In this document: positions 35,865 through 47,047 of the stretch, piece by piece
Position numbering within the stretch: the stretch's first letter is position 1
Layout of the letters: the number at the start of each line of letters is the position of its first letter
NCBI GenBank assembly: GCA_964563055.1
Contig: CAZLVP010000014.1
Coordinates: 4,537-68,536, forward strand
Direction: 5' to 3'
Length of the DNA stretch: 64,000 nt
Origin: an uncultured Thermoplasmatales archaeon
Lineage (GTDB): Archaea; Thermoplasmatota; Penumbrarchaeia; Penumbrarchaeales; Penumbrarchaeaceae
Notes under the pieces: generated by a model
Seen by the model: the letters and a program-made list of their open reading frames with translations, nothing else
Database searches by the model: none
Told to the model about the DNA's origin: nothing
Program-made: the position numbers and the translations under genes

Positions 35865-38800
35865 TCAGACCCTCTTCCTCAGCCAGATATAGGATGATGA
35901 GGCAATGGTCAAGAGGACAATGAGCGCACTAATACCGATCCCAACAGCGAGGAAGGGGAAAGGATCACCATTTGGATCAACGTCCGGTCTTACCTGGACG
36001 TTGACGATCGCAACCTTCTCAACAGGCGATGTGGCCCCGTCATCATCCTTAACGATGAGCGTGACGACGTACTTGCCTACCTTCTCATACTTGTGGCTGG
36101 TGACCTTTGAAGGCATGTATCCGCCGTACTCGTTGTCGGTGGGTGAGTGGGTCCCGTCGCCGTAGTCCCAGTAGTAACCAACGACCTCGCCGTCCTCATC
36201 GTAGGACCCGTCCCCTGAGAAGAGAAGTGGCTGGTCCTTGAACTTGGCGGAGACCGTGGGTTCCTTAACTACCGCCACGGGAAGCCTGTTGGCGACCGTT
36301 ATCGTATGTGATTCCTCCCAGACGGTCCCCTTCTTATCGGTCATGTTGATGGTGACCGTGAACACCCCGTTCTCATCGTAGGTATGGATGACCTTGGCCT
36401 GTTTGGAAATGGTCCCATCGCCAAGGTTCCAGGTGAGCCCCACCAGGTCATCAAGGGGATTTGTCTCCTCGAGCTGGTCGTTGTAGAAAGCTCCGTCGGG
36501 ATCATAGGAATCGGAGGCATCGAAGGTCATCTTCACCTTTGTATAGACCTCCCTGTTGTTGATATCCTTCCAGGTCTCTGCAGTTATCTTGGTAATTCCA
36601 ACAGGTCCCTGATTGGTGGGGATTATCCTTATGGTGCAGGTGTCGTCGTCAGGGACCGAACCAACGCCCCTGTCCTTTACAACGAGCTTCACAGTGAAGG
36701 TCCCGGCCTTCTTGTAGGTATAGGTGATGATCATTCCGCTCCTTACCGGGCTACCATCGCCAAAGTCCCAGGTGTAGTTGAGCTTGTCAACGTAATCCTT
36801 GTCCCTCTTCTGGTCATAATCTACATCGTCGTTGGGATCGTAGGAACCTATGCCGTTGAAGGTTATGGGCATCCCGACCTCCAGATATCCCTCCTCGGGG
36901 GTCGGTCTGTTAGGTCCGGCCTCTGCTGTCGGGGGCATGTTGACGATCACCCTGTACTCGGGAGATTTCACGACCGATTCGCCGTCCCATACGTTCAGGG
37001 TGACGGGCCAGAACAGTTTCTGTTTGGAAGCGGCGCCTTTCTCGTTCCACCTGTGGTCAGCCTCGGTCGAGCTCGAGAACTCGGTCCTGGTGTTGTCTCC
37101 CCACTCCCACTGGTATTTCAGCGGGATGTCGGGTGTGCCGTCCATGTCCTCATCGAACCCGGGCAGGCCCTGCCATCTTGCTTCCTTGTTGAGCTGAGCC
37201 TCGACGAACACATCCGGGTCGTAGGAGAGCGAGCTGTTGAAATAGACCACACGGTTCTTCGTGGTGTTGAACTCGTTCAAGGACCATTCGTCCCCGCTCG
37301 GGTCGTGCGATGCCCTGATGATCGGTACAGGGGGTATGTTCTTGACCACGTGCAAGATGAAGGTCTTGTTCGTTGAAAGGGTGTTGATATCGGTCTTTGG
37401 ACCGTCGAACACGGTCAGAACGACATAATAGTCACCCAGAGTGTCGAAGGTCGTATCTATGATATTGAAACCCTCATAATACTGGTAATACCCGTCCGGA
37501 CCGGTAAGCTCCCATTCGAACTTGAGCTCCGTGTTGGGGTCCTTATCATAGGCGTACCCATTGAACCTGATGTCCTTCTGGGGGGTTATGTATGATTCCA
37601 GCTGAGGTCCGAACTCCTTGGGTAACTGAGGTGAGACCGTCAATTGCACGACGGGCGGGTTCTGGGACTTGTAGGCCAGTACCTTTATGGTGTGAGTGCC
37701 CACCAGGTTGCTCTTGTCCCTCACGGTGAGGGTGACGTTCACTATGAGCCACTGGTCCTTGGCGACCATCCCTGCTTCGAGAGCGGGGAGCTTCACCCTC
37801 CAGTTGAAGAGGGGGCTCTTCTGGAAGTTTGTCGATATTGGTATCGCCCAGTCCCTTCCCTTGAAGGATGCTGCCCCTGACCATTTGTAAACGAGGGTGT
37901 CGGTCTCTCCATAATCGTCCTCCCCCTCCGGGTCCCCATCATCTATGTTCTTGTTCGCCTCGCCGATATCCTCGGCCACCCATTTCGGATGACCGTAACC
38001 GATGCCATCAAGACCGACATCGTCCTGCGGGTCATATGACCTCCTTCCATCGAAGAGGACGTTCATTCCCTCTTTCAGCTGTGGATATTCATCATTGAAC
38101 TCGGCATCCTCGTGGTCCGGATGGTTCGGGGGGAGCAGGAAATTCTCCCGGTTGACCGGGAAGCCCCTATCGGAACCGGTGTCAGCGTGCGGGATCCTCT
38201 CAGGGTGCTTGAAGGGAAGAGAGATCCAGCTGAGCTTCTGGTTATAACCACAATAGAGAATGAGGTCCATGGTCCTGTTATCGAAATCGTCGGGCTGGTT
38301 GTCTATCCTCCAAATGAGGATCCATATCCTCCCGCCCTTGATATCACCAGGGATGTTGGGGCGTCCGTCCTCGTCTATATCGATCCAGTAGCCAATACCG
38401 TCCATGGACTCTTCCATCTGTCTCTGGGTCTTCCACATCTCGGAAGAATTGGTGGTGTATGGTGTTATAGTCCCACCTGGGTTCAACGGGTCGTAGGGAG
38501 AGTCCCACCAGTTGAAATCGAATGACATTTTCCCTTCAATTCCCGCATCTGGCGATGGGTCCTCGAAGTCGTAATCACCATTGGTATCGACCCAGACATC
38601 GACCATTAACTGCTTTCCTCGGCCCATAAGGGGATTGGTACCCATTGAGATGAGACCGAGAGGGTTGATGGTCAGGTTCATGACCCCCATGTCGTTCATC
38701 TCGGTATTGTACAGCGCTGTTAGGTTCTGGCCTCTCCGTGGATAGGTGAAGTTCATGGGGTCGGACTTGACCTGGGTGAGGTTTATGTCCTCCTTGCACA

Positions 38801-39143
38801 GGCCGAACTCCTCACCGTTGGTCGTGAAGTTCACATCGTCCAGCCAGGTATAGTCCTCGGTCATGTTCTTGCACCTGAACCAGTAGTCCGTCTGTGGGTA
38901 ATAGGATAAATAATTGGTCCAATTATGCCACCTCTGGTTCACAGGTTTCGTGTAATCCATGTCGAGCGTGGACCATCCGGTATGCTGGATGTAAGGGGTC
39001 TGCTTGTTGCTGGGCGGGACCCTTGATACATCTGGTTCGGCATCGGCACCTTCCACCGATCCCGAGCCGTTCATCAGGATGGCAAAGGAGCTTACAGCTA
39101 AAAGAATACCTACAAGGACCAGCGCGTACGCACTTGTTTTCAT
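35865..39143 (-). CDS. Large secreted surface protein with PKD-like repeats and C-terminal TM anchor (start set at the signal peptide Met)
   Basis: Signal peptide MKTSAYALVLVGILLAVSSFA. Multiple SYDP(D/N)xD / FDASDSYDPDG PKD-type motifs. C-terminal hydrophobic helix plus LRKRV. Confidence 0.45.
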   Translation of the reverse strand: MKTSAYALVLVGILLAVSSFAILMNGSGSVEGADAEPDVSRVPPSNKQTPYIQHTGWSTLDMDYTKPVNQRWHNWTNYLSYYPQTDYWFRCKNMTEDYTWLDDVNFTTNGEEFGLCKEDINLTQVKSDPMNFTYPRRGQNLTALYNTEMNDMGVMNLTINPLGLISMGTNPLMGRGKQLMVDVWVDTNGDYDFEDPSPDAGIEGKMSFDFNWWDSPYDPLNPGGTITPYTTNSSEMWKTQRQMEESMDGIGYWIDIDEDGRPNIPGDIKGGRIWILIWRIDNQPDDFDNRTMDLILYCGYNQKLSWISLPFKHPERIPHADTGSDRGFPVNRENFLLPPNHPDHEDAEFNDEYPQLKEGMNVLFDGRRSYDPQDDVGLDGIGYGHPKWVAEDIGEANKNIDDGDPEGEDDYGETDTLVYKWSGAASFKGRDWAIPISTNFQKSPLFNWRVKLPALEAGMVAKDQWLIVNVTLTVRDKSNLVGTHTIKVLAYKSQNPPVVQLTVSPQLPKEFGPQLESYITPQKDIRFNGYAYDKDPNTELKFEWELTGPDGYYQYYEGFNIIDTTFDTLGDYYVVLTVFDGPKTDINTLSTNKTFILHVVKNIPPVPIIRASHDPSGDEWSLNEFNTTKNRVVYFNSSLSYDPDVFVEAQLNKEARWQGLPGFDEDMDGTPDIPLKYQWEWGDNTRTEFSSSTEADHRWNEKGAASKQKLFWPVTLNVWDGESVVKSPEYRVIVNMPPTAEAGPNRPTPEEGYLEVGMPITFNGIGSYDPNDDVDYDQKRDKDYVDKLNYTWDFGDGSPVRSGMIITYTYKKAGTFTVKLVVKDRGVGSVPDDDTCTIRIIPTNQGPVGITKITAETWKDINNREVYTKVKMTFDASDSYDPDGAFYNDQLEETNPLDDLVGLTWNLGDGTISKQAKVIHTYDENGVFTVTINMTDKKGTVWEESHTITVANRLPVAVVKEPTVSAKFKDQPLLFSGDGSYDEDGEVVGYYWDYGDGTHSPTDNEYGGYMPSKVTSHKYEKVGKYVVTLIVKDDDGATSPVEKVAIVNVQVRPDVDPNGDPFPFLAVGIGISALIVLLTIASSSYIWLRKRV

Positions 39144-39378
39144 GGTTTCCCTCCAAATGCTGGATATCGGGCAATTCCAGTCTGCCACGCGGGGGATTGT
39201 GTATGAAGCATGGTATAGATAAACCTTCCCCGCAGTGCGATACCTTCTGGGGTAGGTCCATGGATACCCTGCCACACCGATTTTTCAACCATCCTTTGTG
39301 ACATGGGAATTTGCTACATATTATCAACAAGGGGAGTGTATATAAGTCTATCTTTTACATGTGCTTTCGAATGGGGGG

Positions 39379-40749
39379 TCACTTATTCGATTGCATGGAC
39401 AATAGCATGGACTCGAGCTGTCTGGAGACCCCTATGTAGACCTTGAGCTCTCCTTTCTTCCTAGCCTCCTCTGCATATCTGAGGAGGTCGAATATCTGGC
39501 CTACGTCCCTCCCCTTCTTGTGCATAGCTGTGGCCGCTTTATGGACGAGCTGAATTCGGTTGAAGGCCTCCGTTGCCTCCTTCTGCTTAGCGGCCTTATC
39601 CTCGTCGACCACAACTTCTTGAGGTGCTGGAGCTTGAGAGGCCTTTTCCTCCAGCTTGGGTTCTGTGGTAGGTCTCTCAGTTGATGGAGCAGGGGCCTTC
39701 TTAGGTTCTGGTGGTGTCGCATCCGGGATCTTTGGTCCTTCTACCCCTTCCCTCAGGGGTTGTGTTCCTTCAGGGACGAGAGTGAGCTTCTTTTTAACGA
39801 ACTTCACGACCGGTTTGAGCTCATCCTTTCCCGCCTCTGTTTCGGATGGTCCTTGTGGTGGTATTAGTGGTTCAACCGGTCCCACCTCCTTTTTAGGAGG
39901 TATCGTGCTCTCCTTTAGGACCTTCGCGGGAGGGGCTACCTCGGCGACCTCTTCTGCCACTTCTACAACTTCAGCGGACACCTCTTCGATCCCCAGGCCT
40001 TTTACCGAATCCTCTAGGCCCTTGATGAGGGTCGATGCTATTGTGTAGAAATCGTCCCTGTTATCCCTCAGAGATGTCGCAAGGGCCTTGAAATCCTCCT
40101 TTGACCTTGTCAGCTCGGCACCAAGCTGTTGATAATCGGAGATCCTTCTCTGGACCTTAATGAGGATGTCCTTCTTAAGCTCCTCAGAGCCCAATCTGGT
40201 CCCTATGTCGTTGCAGATGGATACGGCCTTTTCGTAATCGCCATCTTTGTAGGCCGTAGCTACCTGTCTCATCATATCCTGGAGGGCTGGTACATCCCCT
40301 CCAAGACCTGTGAGAGGAACCAGCCTGGATTGCAGGCCGACCATGAGGTTTCCCGCGTCCCTCTTGAGATTTGAAGACCTGACCTCCTTGCCGTCGGCCA
40401 TCCTGAAGGTGACCTTTTTGTCCTCCATCTTCATCTCGAAGGTGGGTCCGACCTCCTGTGGCGAGAGTACCTCTATCCTCTTGATCTTTCCAGTCCTCTC
40501 AAGGGTGGATGGGTCCAACCCCGTCGAGGGGGTGACCTCTATGGTGGAAGGTATAAGGTCCTGGACAGGTCCCCCTTCCCTCACAGATAGTCCTTCAAGG
40601 GATGATGGGTCGAGCCCGTGGACCCTGAGCCAGAGGGTCCTGAACGGTTCCTCAAGAGAGCCGGGGTCCCTGACCTGGTCCACATCGTCAAGGAATCGCT
40701 CGAGCTTCTCGAAACCGCTCTGGGGAGGTGTAACGTCCATGATGGTCAA
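39379..40749 (-). CDS. Hypothetical protein with a P/E/K-rich low-complexity linker
   Basis: 456 aa ORF with coding-like composition and a PAPS/EPK-rich central segment. No recognisable catalytic motif. Confidence 0.3.
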   Translation of the reverse strand: MTIMDVTPPQSGFEKLERFLDDVDQVRDPGSLEEPFRTLWLRVHGLDPSSLEGLSVREGGPVQDLIPSTIEVTPSTGLDPSTLERTGKIKRIEVLSPQEVGPTFEMKMEDKKVTFRMADGKEVRSSNLKRDAGNLMVGLQSRLVPLTGLGGDVPALQDMMRQVATAYKDGDYEKAVSICNDIGTRLGSEELKKDILIKVQRRISDYQQLGAELTRSKEDFKALATSLRDNRDDFYTIASTLIKGLEDSVKGLGIEEVSAEVVEVAEEVAEVAPPAKVLKESTIPPKKEVGPVEPLIPPQGPSETEAGKDELKPVVKFVKKKLTLVPEGTQPLREGVEGPKIPDATPPEPKKAPAPSTERPTTEPKLEEKASQAPAPQEVVVDEDKAAKQKEATEAFNRIQLVHKAATAMHKKGRDVGQIFDLLRYAEEARKKGELKVYIGVSRQLESMLLSMQSNK

Positions 40750-40834
40750 CCCGATAATATATGGGACAAGTACCGTTCTTTTTCATAAAAACTTTGCTAT
40801 GGGTCCAGAACGTGAACAACCTCATGCATGTAAT

Positions 40835-40850
40835 AGATGGCGCAGAGGAG
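40835..40850. repeat. 16-nt exact copy of the 3' terminus of the tRNA-Ser gene (agatggcgcagaggag), 200 bp downstream of the tRNA
   Basis: Identical to 41052-41067, which spans the tRNA 3' acceptor strand and CCA. This arrangement looks like an att-site remnant. Confidence 0.5.
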
Positions 40851-40999
40851 TGGATGTTTGGAGGGTCAGATGATCGACGATGGTCCAACTCCAAACAGCC
40901 AGCCAAATAACGGTCATGATCTATATCTAAGCATTATTTGGCGTTTGCTAGCAGTGTGGCGCGCCATTTTTCGAGATCTAAATATAATTGACGGAAGAA

Positions 41000-41054
41000 A
41001 AACATTGAAAAATCACTATGTGATTTTCCTTGTCTTTTTCTTGGCAGAAAAAGA
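41000..41054 (-). terminator. Oligo-T tracts flanking a hairpin immediately 3' of tRNA-Ser (archaeal-type terminator for the str-operon/tRNA transcript)
   Basis: Minus-strand sequence after the tRNA reads TCTTTTTCTGCC, then the hairpin GGAAAATCAC-ATA-GTGATTTTTC, then AATGTTTTTCTTCC. Confidence 0.4.
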
Positions 41055-41143
41055 TGGCGCAGAGGAGGGGATTCGAACCCCCGAGGGCGTGTGCCCACCG
41101 GATTTCAAATCCGGCGCCGTTGGCCGAGCTTAGCTACCTCTGC
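41055..41143 (-). tRNA. tRNA-Ser (anticodon TGA), class II with long variable arm, CCA encoded
   Basis: Minus strand reads GCAGAGGTAGCTAAGCTCGGCCAACGGCGCCGGATTTGAAATCCGGTGGGCACACGCCCTCGGGGGTTCGAATCCCCTCCTCTGCGCCA. It has a 7-bp acceptor stem, an anticodon stem CCGGA/TCCGG with loop TTTGAAA, a long variable arm and a GGTTCGAATCC T-arm. Confidence 0.7.
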
Positions 41144-41234
41144 ATTTTTTTTAGCCTAGATAAGCGAGGCCAACGGGGACCGAGTTGGGGGCGTAGCACC
41201 CAACTTGCGGAAAATCCTTTCGGATTTTCCAGCA

Positions 41235-41258
41235 TTGGCCGAGCTTAGCTACCTCTGC
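41235..41258 (-). repeat. 24-nt copy of the tRNA-Ser 5' end (acceptor 5' strand plus D-arm), followed by hairpin-forming sequence and with no matching 3' half
   Basis: Identical to 41120-41143. The downstream sequence GGAAAATCC-GAAA-GGATTTTCC forms a perfect hairpin. No T-arm or 3' acceptor strand was found. Confidence 0.5.
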
Positions 41259-41347
41259 ATGTGCTATGACCCGCAGGGCATAGCACTATTTTAGGTCGCT
41301 TGTACTTTTCCATCAACGCTTTTTTCGAAAGAAAAAAGGGTTGTGGA

Positions 41348-41366
41348 CGAGCTTAGCTACCTCTGC
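41348..41366 (-). repeat. 19-nt copy of the tRNA-Ser 5' end, followed by hairpin-forming AT-rich sequence and with no matching 3' half
   Basis: Identical to 41125-41143. Followed by the hairpins CTTTTTT-CTTTCG-AAAAAAG and GTGCTATG...CATAGCAC. Confidence 0.5.
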
Positions 41367-41474
41367 GTTCGAGGACTTGAGAAACGTTCCACTATTTGTG
41401 GTTGCCCGTTAGGGACCACCTTGGGGTCTTTCATAGGGATTAAATCGTAGCAATGTGTTCCATCTTCGATAGAT

Positions 41475-42269
41475 GTGAGAAGCAGAGCGTTGGGCATTGT
41501 GCTCTTGATCTTTTGGTCCATATCGATACTGGCCTTGATAGTTGCCATAGCTCTCATCGTCCTTCATTTCCTGGACGCCTCCCCGCTCAAGGACCTCTCT
41601 GAGTTCCTGGTCGATGATACCATCGGCAATGCCGTTGTCGGGACCTTGGGCCTTACCTCCATCATCCTATCCATAGGCCTATTGCTATCATGGCTCAATG
41701 ACCAGAGGTGGAGGGACCTACGCTACAAGATGGCCTTCTACCTCTACCATTCAAGGGTCAAGAAGGGACAGTTGGTCCCTCTCGACCACCTTGCCAAGGT
41801 CGCCATAAGTTCATTCGATGAGATCTGCGAGACCCTGGAGATGATGATCGGTAGGGGTGAGCTGAAGGGGCTTGTTGACCGGGATAAACGGCTCTACAAG
41901 CACCTTGGCCTGACCCGTGTGGGCATGAAGTTCCTCATGGCACTTCCGCCTGCCAAGCTCGATGGTCTTGAGGACGTCAAGAGGATGGCCCTGAAGGGGG
42001 CTGTATGGGAAGGTCCCAATGGGGAGATGGGCCTTCTCGAAGGAAGGGAAATGGAAGGCCTTCCTGTCGCCAGGCCTAAAGAGAACGCAAGGCAATTGGA
42101 GGATAGGCGAACCTGCCCCTACTGCAAGAAGGCCACCCCTGCCCATACCCATTTCTGCACATATTGTGGAGAAGAGTTCGATAGGACCGAGGCCGACGTC
42201 GGGTCCGAATACATATCACCAGAGAAGGTTCCCTCCCCCGAAGTGGGACCTACGGTCAGATCACAGTGA
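41475..42269 (+). CDS. Hypothetical membrane protein with C-terminal zinc-ribbon (CPYC...CTYC)
   Basis: Two N-terminal TM helices, a soluble domain, and RTCPYCKKATPAHTHFCTYCGEEF. Confidence 0.35.
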   Translation: MRSRALGIVLLIFWSISILALIVAIALIVLHFLDASPLKDLSEFLVDDTIGNAVVGTLGLTSIILSIGLLLSWLNDQRWRDLRYKMAFYLYHSRVKKGQLVPLDHLAKVAISSFDEICETLEMMIGRGELKGLVDRDKRLYKHLGLTRVGMKFLMALPPAKLDGLEDVKRMALKGAVWEGPNGEMGLLEGREMEGLPVARPKENARQLEDRRTCPYCKKATPAHTHFCTYCGEEFDRTEADVGSEYISPEKVPSPEVGPTVRSQ

Positions 42270-42278
42270 AAGGTTGCC

Positions 42279-42590
42279 TCAGTTCCTGAGGACGATCTCT
42301 ATGTTGACGTCATCGGGGACCTTGATCCTCATTAGGGAGCGAAGGGCTCTGTCGTCCGCATCAAGGTAGATCAACCTCTTGTGGACCCTCATCTCCCATC
42401 TGTCCCATGTCTCTGAACCCTCCCCATCGGGGGATTTCCGGCACGGGACCACAAGCCTCTTGGTAGGGAGAGGAATGGGGCCGGAAAGATTTACACCGGT
42501 CCTTTCTGAGATGCCTTTTATCTGGCTGCAAACGCCGTCCAGGCTCTTAGCGTTGGTACCGGTGAGCGATATCCTTGCCTTGGCGACCAT
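42279..42590 (-). CDS. rps10: 30S ribosomal protein S10 (uS10)
   Basis: [95 protein letters not shown] matches archaeal S10 throughout. Confidence 0.9.
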   Translation of the reverse strand: MVAKARISLTGTNAKSLDGVCSQIKGISERTGVNLSGPIPLPTKRLVVPCRKSPDGEGSETWDRWEMRVHKRLIYLDADDRALRSLMRIKVPDDVNIEIVLRN

Positions 42591-42619
42591 TCCTATCCAC
42601 CTGCTCCTTCAAAAAGGGA

Positions 42620-43897
42620 TCATTCCTTCTTCTCGATATCGAGGCACATCCCTGCCGCGACGGTGGTACCCATATCCCTTATGGCGAACCTGCCGAGCTG
42701 GGGGAACTCCTTGACCTTCTCTATGACAAGGGGCCTTGTAGGCCTGACCTTGACGATGGCGATGTCACCCGTCTTGATGAAATCGGGCTTCTCCGCCTTC
42801 GTCTGACCGGTCCTTGGGTCGATGGTCTTCACGATCTCCTCGAAGGTGCAGGCCACCTGGGCTGTGTGGAGGTGGAATACTGGGGTATAGCCTATGGCTA
42901 TTACCGAGGGGTGCTGTAGGACGGCGATCTGTGCCGTAAAGGTCTTGGCGACCGTTGGCCTGCTGCTGTTGGGCCCAGCCACATCCCCCCTCTTGATATC
43001 GTTCTTGGCGACGCCCCTGACGTTGAAGCCGATGTTATCACCAGGCTCCGCTTTCTGCATCTGCTCATGGTGCATCTCGATGGTCTTGACCTCACCGGTC
43101 GCACCGGAGGGTGAGAACACTATTGTATCACCTATCTTCAGGACCCCTGTCTCTATCCTACCGACAGGTACGGTCCCTATACCGGTGATGGTATAGACGT
43201 CCTGAACAGGGAGCCTGAGCGCGAGCTCGGTGGGCTTCTGCGGGAGCGAGAGGTTGTCAAGGCACTCCAGGAGCGTAGGCCCCTTCCACCAGGACATGTT
43301 CGTCTGCTTCTTCACGACATTCTCTCCAGTGTAGCCGGATGTGGGGACGAACTGGACGTTCTCGTCCTTGTACCCTACCATCTTCAGGAGCTTGCCCACC
43401 TCGGTCCTCACCTCGTTGAACCTCGCCTCGTTCCACTGGGGCTTGGTGGCGTCCATCTTGTTGATATTGATGATGATCTGGTTGACACCGAGGGTCTTGG
43501 CAAGGAAGACGTGCTCCTTGGTCTGGGCCATGATACCCTCTGGGGCTGCCACGACCAGAACGGCCGCATCGGCCTGGGATGTCCCGGTGATCATGTTCTT
43601 GACGAAGTCGCGGTGCCCGGGAGCGTCTATGATGGTGAAGTAGTACTTGTTCGACATGAACTTCTTGTGGGCCACATCGATGGTGACCCCTCGCTCCCTC
43701 TCCTCCTTCAGGTTGTCCATGACCCATGCGAACTCGAAGGTTGCCTTCCCCTTGGTCTCGGCCTCCTTCCTGAACTTCTCTATGACATGGGCCTCAATAT
43801 GCCCGGTATCGAGCAGTACGCGGCCCACCGAGGTGGATTTTCCGTGGTCAACATGGCCTATGAACACGAGGTTCATGTGTGGTTTTTCTGCGGGCAT
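42620..43897 (-). CDS. tuf: Translation elongation factor 1-alpha
   Basis: [20 protein letters not shown]1 motif, [12 protein letters not shown]. Full-length homology. Start trimmed to MPAEKPH. Confidence 0.95.
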   Translation of the reverse strand: MPAEKPHMNLVFIGHVDHGKSTSVGRVLLDTGHIEAHVIEKFRKEAETKGKATFEFAWVMDNLKEERERGVTIDVAHKKFMSNKYYFTIIDAPGHRDFVKNMITGTSQADAAVLVVAAPEGIMAQTKEHVFLAKTLGVNQIIININKMDATKPQWNEARFNEVRTEVGKLLKMVGYKDENVQFVPTSGYTGENVVKKQTNMSWWKGPTLLECLDNLSLPQKPTELALRLPVQDVYTITGIGTVPVGRIETGVLKIGDTIVFSPSGATGEVKTIEMHHEQMQKAEPGDNIGFNVRGVAKNDIKRGDVAGPNSSRPTVAKTFTAQIAVLQHPSVIAIGYTPVFHLHTAQVACTFEEIVKTIDPRTGQTKAEKPDFIKTGDIAIVKVRPTRPLVIEKVKEFPQLGRFAIRDMGTTVAAGMCLDIEKKE

Positions 43898-43970
43898 TGC
43901 CAACATCTCCTGTTCGGGTAGTCCCCTTATTTGTTCCAGATATTTAAAGCTTTGATTGTCGGGTCATCTT

Positions 43971-46172
43971 TCAAGCGCTGTAATAATCGGCCGTGGGCGG
44001 TTCGGGTTTGAGCCCCTTCCTCGTCCTTATTTCCTTTGTTACATTGTCCAGAAGCTCCCTTGGGATGGGTTCGAAGCCAAGGAACTCCGTGGTCCACAAG
44101 GCCCTACCCTGCGTCGCGCTCCTTATGGCGCTCGCGAACCCGAAGAGCTCTGCGACAGGTGCCTTGGAGACGACCGTGACCTGGTCGCCTTCCATGGGCA
44201 TATCCTCTATGGTGCATCTCCTGGAATTGAGCTCCCTGCTCACGGGACCCATGAGCTCGCTCGGGACGTTGACGAAGACCTTCTGTTTGGGTTCAAGGAG
44301 GGTGGTCCCCGCCTCCACCATGGCCCCGTAGATACCTGATCTTGCGGCGGGTATGACCTGACCGGGCCCTCTATGGATGGAATCCTCATGGAGCTTTGCG
44401 TCCATTAATTTCACAAGGACACCGTTCACCGGTTCCCAGGCTCTCGGACCCTTGTCCATGGCCTCTTTGAAAGCATCGACCAAGAGCTCCCTGGTCTCGT
44501 GGAGGTACTGTATGCCCTTGGTGAGGTTCGTGAAGATGTTCCCGTTCCTTATCCAGTATATGCTCTTTGCATCATCCTTGTCCATTCCGAGCGCTTCAAG
44601 TTGCTTGGCAAGGGCCTTGGGGTCCTTGATCCTCTCATCGGAGTGCAGCTCGCCCGCCCGGATCGCGTTCACGATGGCGACAGGTAAAGGCTCGACCTTG
44701 AAGTAGAACCTGTTGTGCTTGTTGGGGGACTTACCTTCGAACTCCCTATCGGAGGGCTTGAGGACGGCCTCACGATAGACGACTATGGGAGGTGAGGTCT
44801 TGATCTCGACGCCCTGTTCGTTGATTATCCTGTACTCTGTGATCTCTAGGTGGAGCTCCCCCATTCCGGACATAAGGTGCTCCCCTGTCTCTTGGTTGAT
44901 CTCCACACGAAGTGAGGGGTCGGCCTTTGCAACGGTCCTCAGGACCTCTACTAGCTTGGGCAGGTCCTTCATATGCTTAGCCTCGATCGCCACGGTCACG
45001 ACGGGTTCGGAGACATGAGTGATCTTCTCGAACGGTTCCAGGTCCGGGTCACCTGAGACGGTCGACCCGGCTATGGCGTTCCTCAAGCCGGAGACATTGA
45101 CGATGTTCCCGGCGACAAGCCTATCAACAGGGATCCTCTCCGCCCCGACGGACACTGATACCGCCTGGGCCCGATTGGAACCGGGGATACCTATGGTATA
45201 GAGCTCTTGTCCTCTCTCTATGGTCCCCGAGAAGAGCCTACCGACCGCTATCTCTCCCGCATGCGGGTCCATGAGGATCTTGGTGACCATCAGGGTGGGG
45301 GTGGCATTGGGGTTCGCGGTCTCCATCGCCTTTGCGATATCGCTGTTGAGGTCACCATGCCAGATGTGCGGGATCCTGTAATTCTGGGCGACCACCGGGC
45401 TCGGGAGGTGGGTGATTATCATGTCAAGGATGACCTTATGGAGCGGGGTCTCCTTGGCGAGCCTCTTCTGGTCCTGGGCGTTCAATCTTTCGTAGATGTC
45501 CTTGAAGGTGATGCCGGCCTTCTTCATGTAAGGTACCGAGATGGCCCAATTATGATAGGCCGAGCCGAATGCGACCGTTCCGTTCTCCGGAGAGACGAAC
45601 CACTTGTTCTTGAACTCCTCGGGACAGAACTTGGTTATCAGGTCGTTCACATGCTTTATGATCTTGACGAACCTCTTCTGCATCTCCTCTGGTGTGACCT
45701 TCAGCTCGTTGATAAGTCTGTCCACCTTGTTGATGAAGAGGACTGGCCTGACCTTCTCTTTAAGGGCCTGTCTTATGACCGTTTCGGTCTGGGGCATGAC
45801 CCCCTCGACCGCACAGGACAGGATGACGACCCCGTCAACTGCCCTCATCGCTCTTGTAACGTCCCCGCCGAAGTCGACGTGGCCTGGGGTGTCAATGAGG
45901 TTTATTAGGTATTTTTGTCCCTCGTATTCATGGACCATTGAGGCGTTCGCAGCATTTATCGTTATACCCCTGGCCTGTTCCTGCTCATCGAAATCGAGGA
46001 GCAGCTGTTTGCCGGCAAGCTCCTCGGATATCATCCCGGCACCGGCAATGAGGTTATCCGAGAACGTCGTCTTACCGTGGTCGATATGGGCTGCAGTGCC
46101 CATGTTCCTTATGAACAGGGGTTTGTCCATCAGCTTTTGGGCTTCCCGGATATTATCTTCTCTCCTTCCCAT
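43971..46172 (-). CDS. fusA: Translation elongation factor 2 (aEF-2)
   Basis: [41 protein letters not shown]. Full-length EF-2 architecture, including the diphthamide-region His in the ...HRGPGQ... region. Confidence 0.95.
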   Translation of the reverse strand: MGRREDNIREAQKLMDKPLFIRNMGTAAHIDHGKTTFSDNLIAGAGMISEELAGKQLLLDFDEQEQARGITINAANASMVHEYEGQKYLINLIDTPGHVDFGGDVTRAMRAVDGVVILSCAVEGVMPQTETVIRQALKEKVRPVLFINKVDRLINELKVTPEEMQKRFVKIIKHVNDLITKFCPEEFKNKWFVSPENGTVAFGSAYHNWAISVPYMKKAGITFKDIYERLNAQDQKRLAKETPLHKVILDMIITHLPSPVVAQNYRIPHIWHGDLNSDIAKAMETANPNATPTLMVTKILMDPHAGEIAVGRLFSGTIERGQELYTIGIPGSNRAQAVSVSVGAERIPVDRLVAGNIVNVSGLRNAIAGSTVSGDPDLEPFEKITHVSEPVVTVAIEAKHMKDLPKLVEVLRTVAKADPSLRVEINQETGEHLMSGMGELHLEITEYRIINEQGVEIKTSPPIVVYREAVLKPSDREFEGKSPNKHNRFYFKVEPLPVAIVNAIRAGELHSDERIKDPKALAKQLEALGMDKDDAKSIYWIRNGNIFTNLTKGIQYLHETRELLVDAFKEAMDKGPRAWEPVNGVLVKLMDAKLHEDSIHRGPGQVIPAARSGIYGAMVEAGTTLLEPKQKVFVNVPSELMGPVSRELNSRRCTIEDMPMEGDQVTVVSKAPVAELFGFASAIRSATQGRALWTTEFLGFEPIPRELLDNVTKEIRTRKGLKPEPPTADYYSA

Positions 46173-46216
46173 GCTTACCACCTTGTAGTTCTTGAATTGA
46201 ACGGCCTCTTACCGCC

Positions 46217-47047
46217 TTAATGGGCCGATTTTGCGACCCTCTCGGACTCGTCCTTCTTGGCCACGGCAAAGCTCTGGAGGTCACCCTTCGCGGCCGCCAT
46301 CACCTCGGAAGCCAAGCACTGAGCGATGGTCTTCTTGTTCTTGTGCGAGGCCTTCACCGTGCCCAGGCTTATGTTCCTGAGGGCTATGTCAACACGCCTT
46401 GATGGGGCGGTGTCAACGGCCTTGGGGACCGAGATACCTCCGAACTTGAGCCTTGTCACCTCTTCCCTAGGTGCGGCGTGCTCGATGGCCCTGACAAAGA
46501 CCTGGATGGGGTTCTCCTTGGTCCTTTCCTGAACGATCATGAACGCATCGAGGACGACAGAGTAGCTCTTGGTCTTCTTCCCGGTGTACTTCTCGGTCCT
46601 CATCAGGTTGTTTATCAACCTCTCGACTATGGAGAGCTTGTGCTTATGGAAGGGTTTGTTCCCATGGCGAGCGCTCTTGTGTGGCACATAGGCGGGATCA
46701 AGGTTGATGAACGCCTTGAGGCTCGGGTCCTCCACCTTGACATCCTTTGTGGGGAACCTTCCGAAGACCAGCTCCCATCTCTCTGGTTCATGCTTCTCCT
46801 CGGGTGCCGCCACGGGCTGTGCAGCTTCGGGTGCCAAGGGAGGTGCAGCAGCTACAACTGGTATCTCCACTGGTGCTTCGGCAGGTGCTCCAGGGGTCGC
46901 TTCGTCCGTCTTCTTCGCGGCCTTTTTGGCCCTGGGCTTCGTCTCCTTCTTCTCGGTCTTCTTTGGTTCCTCTATCCGCTCGGGAGCGCCCTCGGCGACC
47001 ACGTTCTCGACCTTGCCTTCCTTCTCGTCCATCCAGCTCACCTTCAC
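46217..47047 (-). CDS. rps7: 30S ribosomal protein S7 (uS7) with an ~80 aa K/A/P/E-rich N-terminal extension
   Basis: Conserved S7 core from [10 protein letters not shown]...[10 protein letters not shown] to the C-terminus. The upstream in-frame extension begins at a GTG overlapping the rps12 stop (GTGA), or at ATG 47032. Confidence 0.85.
   Translation of the reverse strand: MKVSWMDEKEGKVENVVAEGAPERIEEPKKTEKKETKPRAKKAAKKTDEATPGAPAEAPVEIPVVAAAPPLAPEAAQPVAAPEEKHEPERWELVFGRFPTKDVKVEDPSLKAFINLDPAYVPHKSARHGNKPFHKHKLSIVERLINNLMRTEKYTGKKTKSYSVVLDAFMIVQERTKENPIQVFVRAIEHAAPREEVTRLKFGGISVPKAVDTAPSRRVDIALRNISLGTVKASHKNKKTIAQCLASEVMAAAKGDLQSFAVAKKDESERVAKSAH

Noticed and set aside
41144-41470. The two upstream tRNA-Ser 5'-end copies as complete, intron-containing tRNA genes
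   Set aside because: I could not find any T-arm (GTTCRANYC) or a 3' acceptor strand complementary to GCAGAGG within either unit, so they are not called as tRNAs. Reported as repeats and a finding instead.
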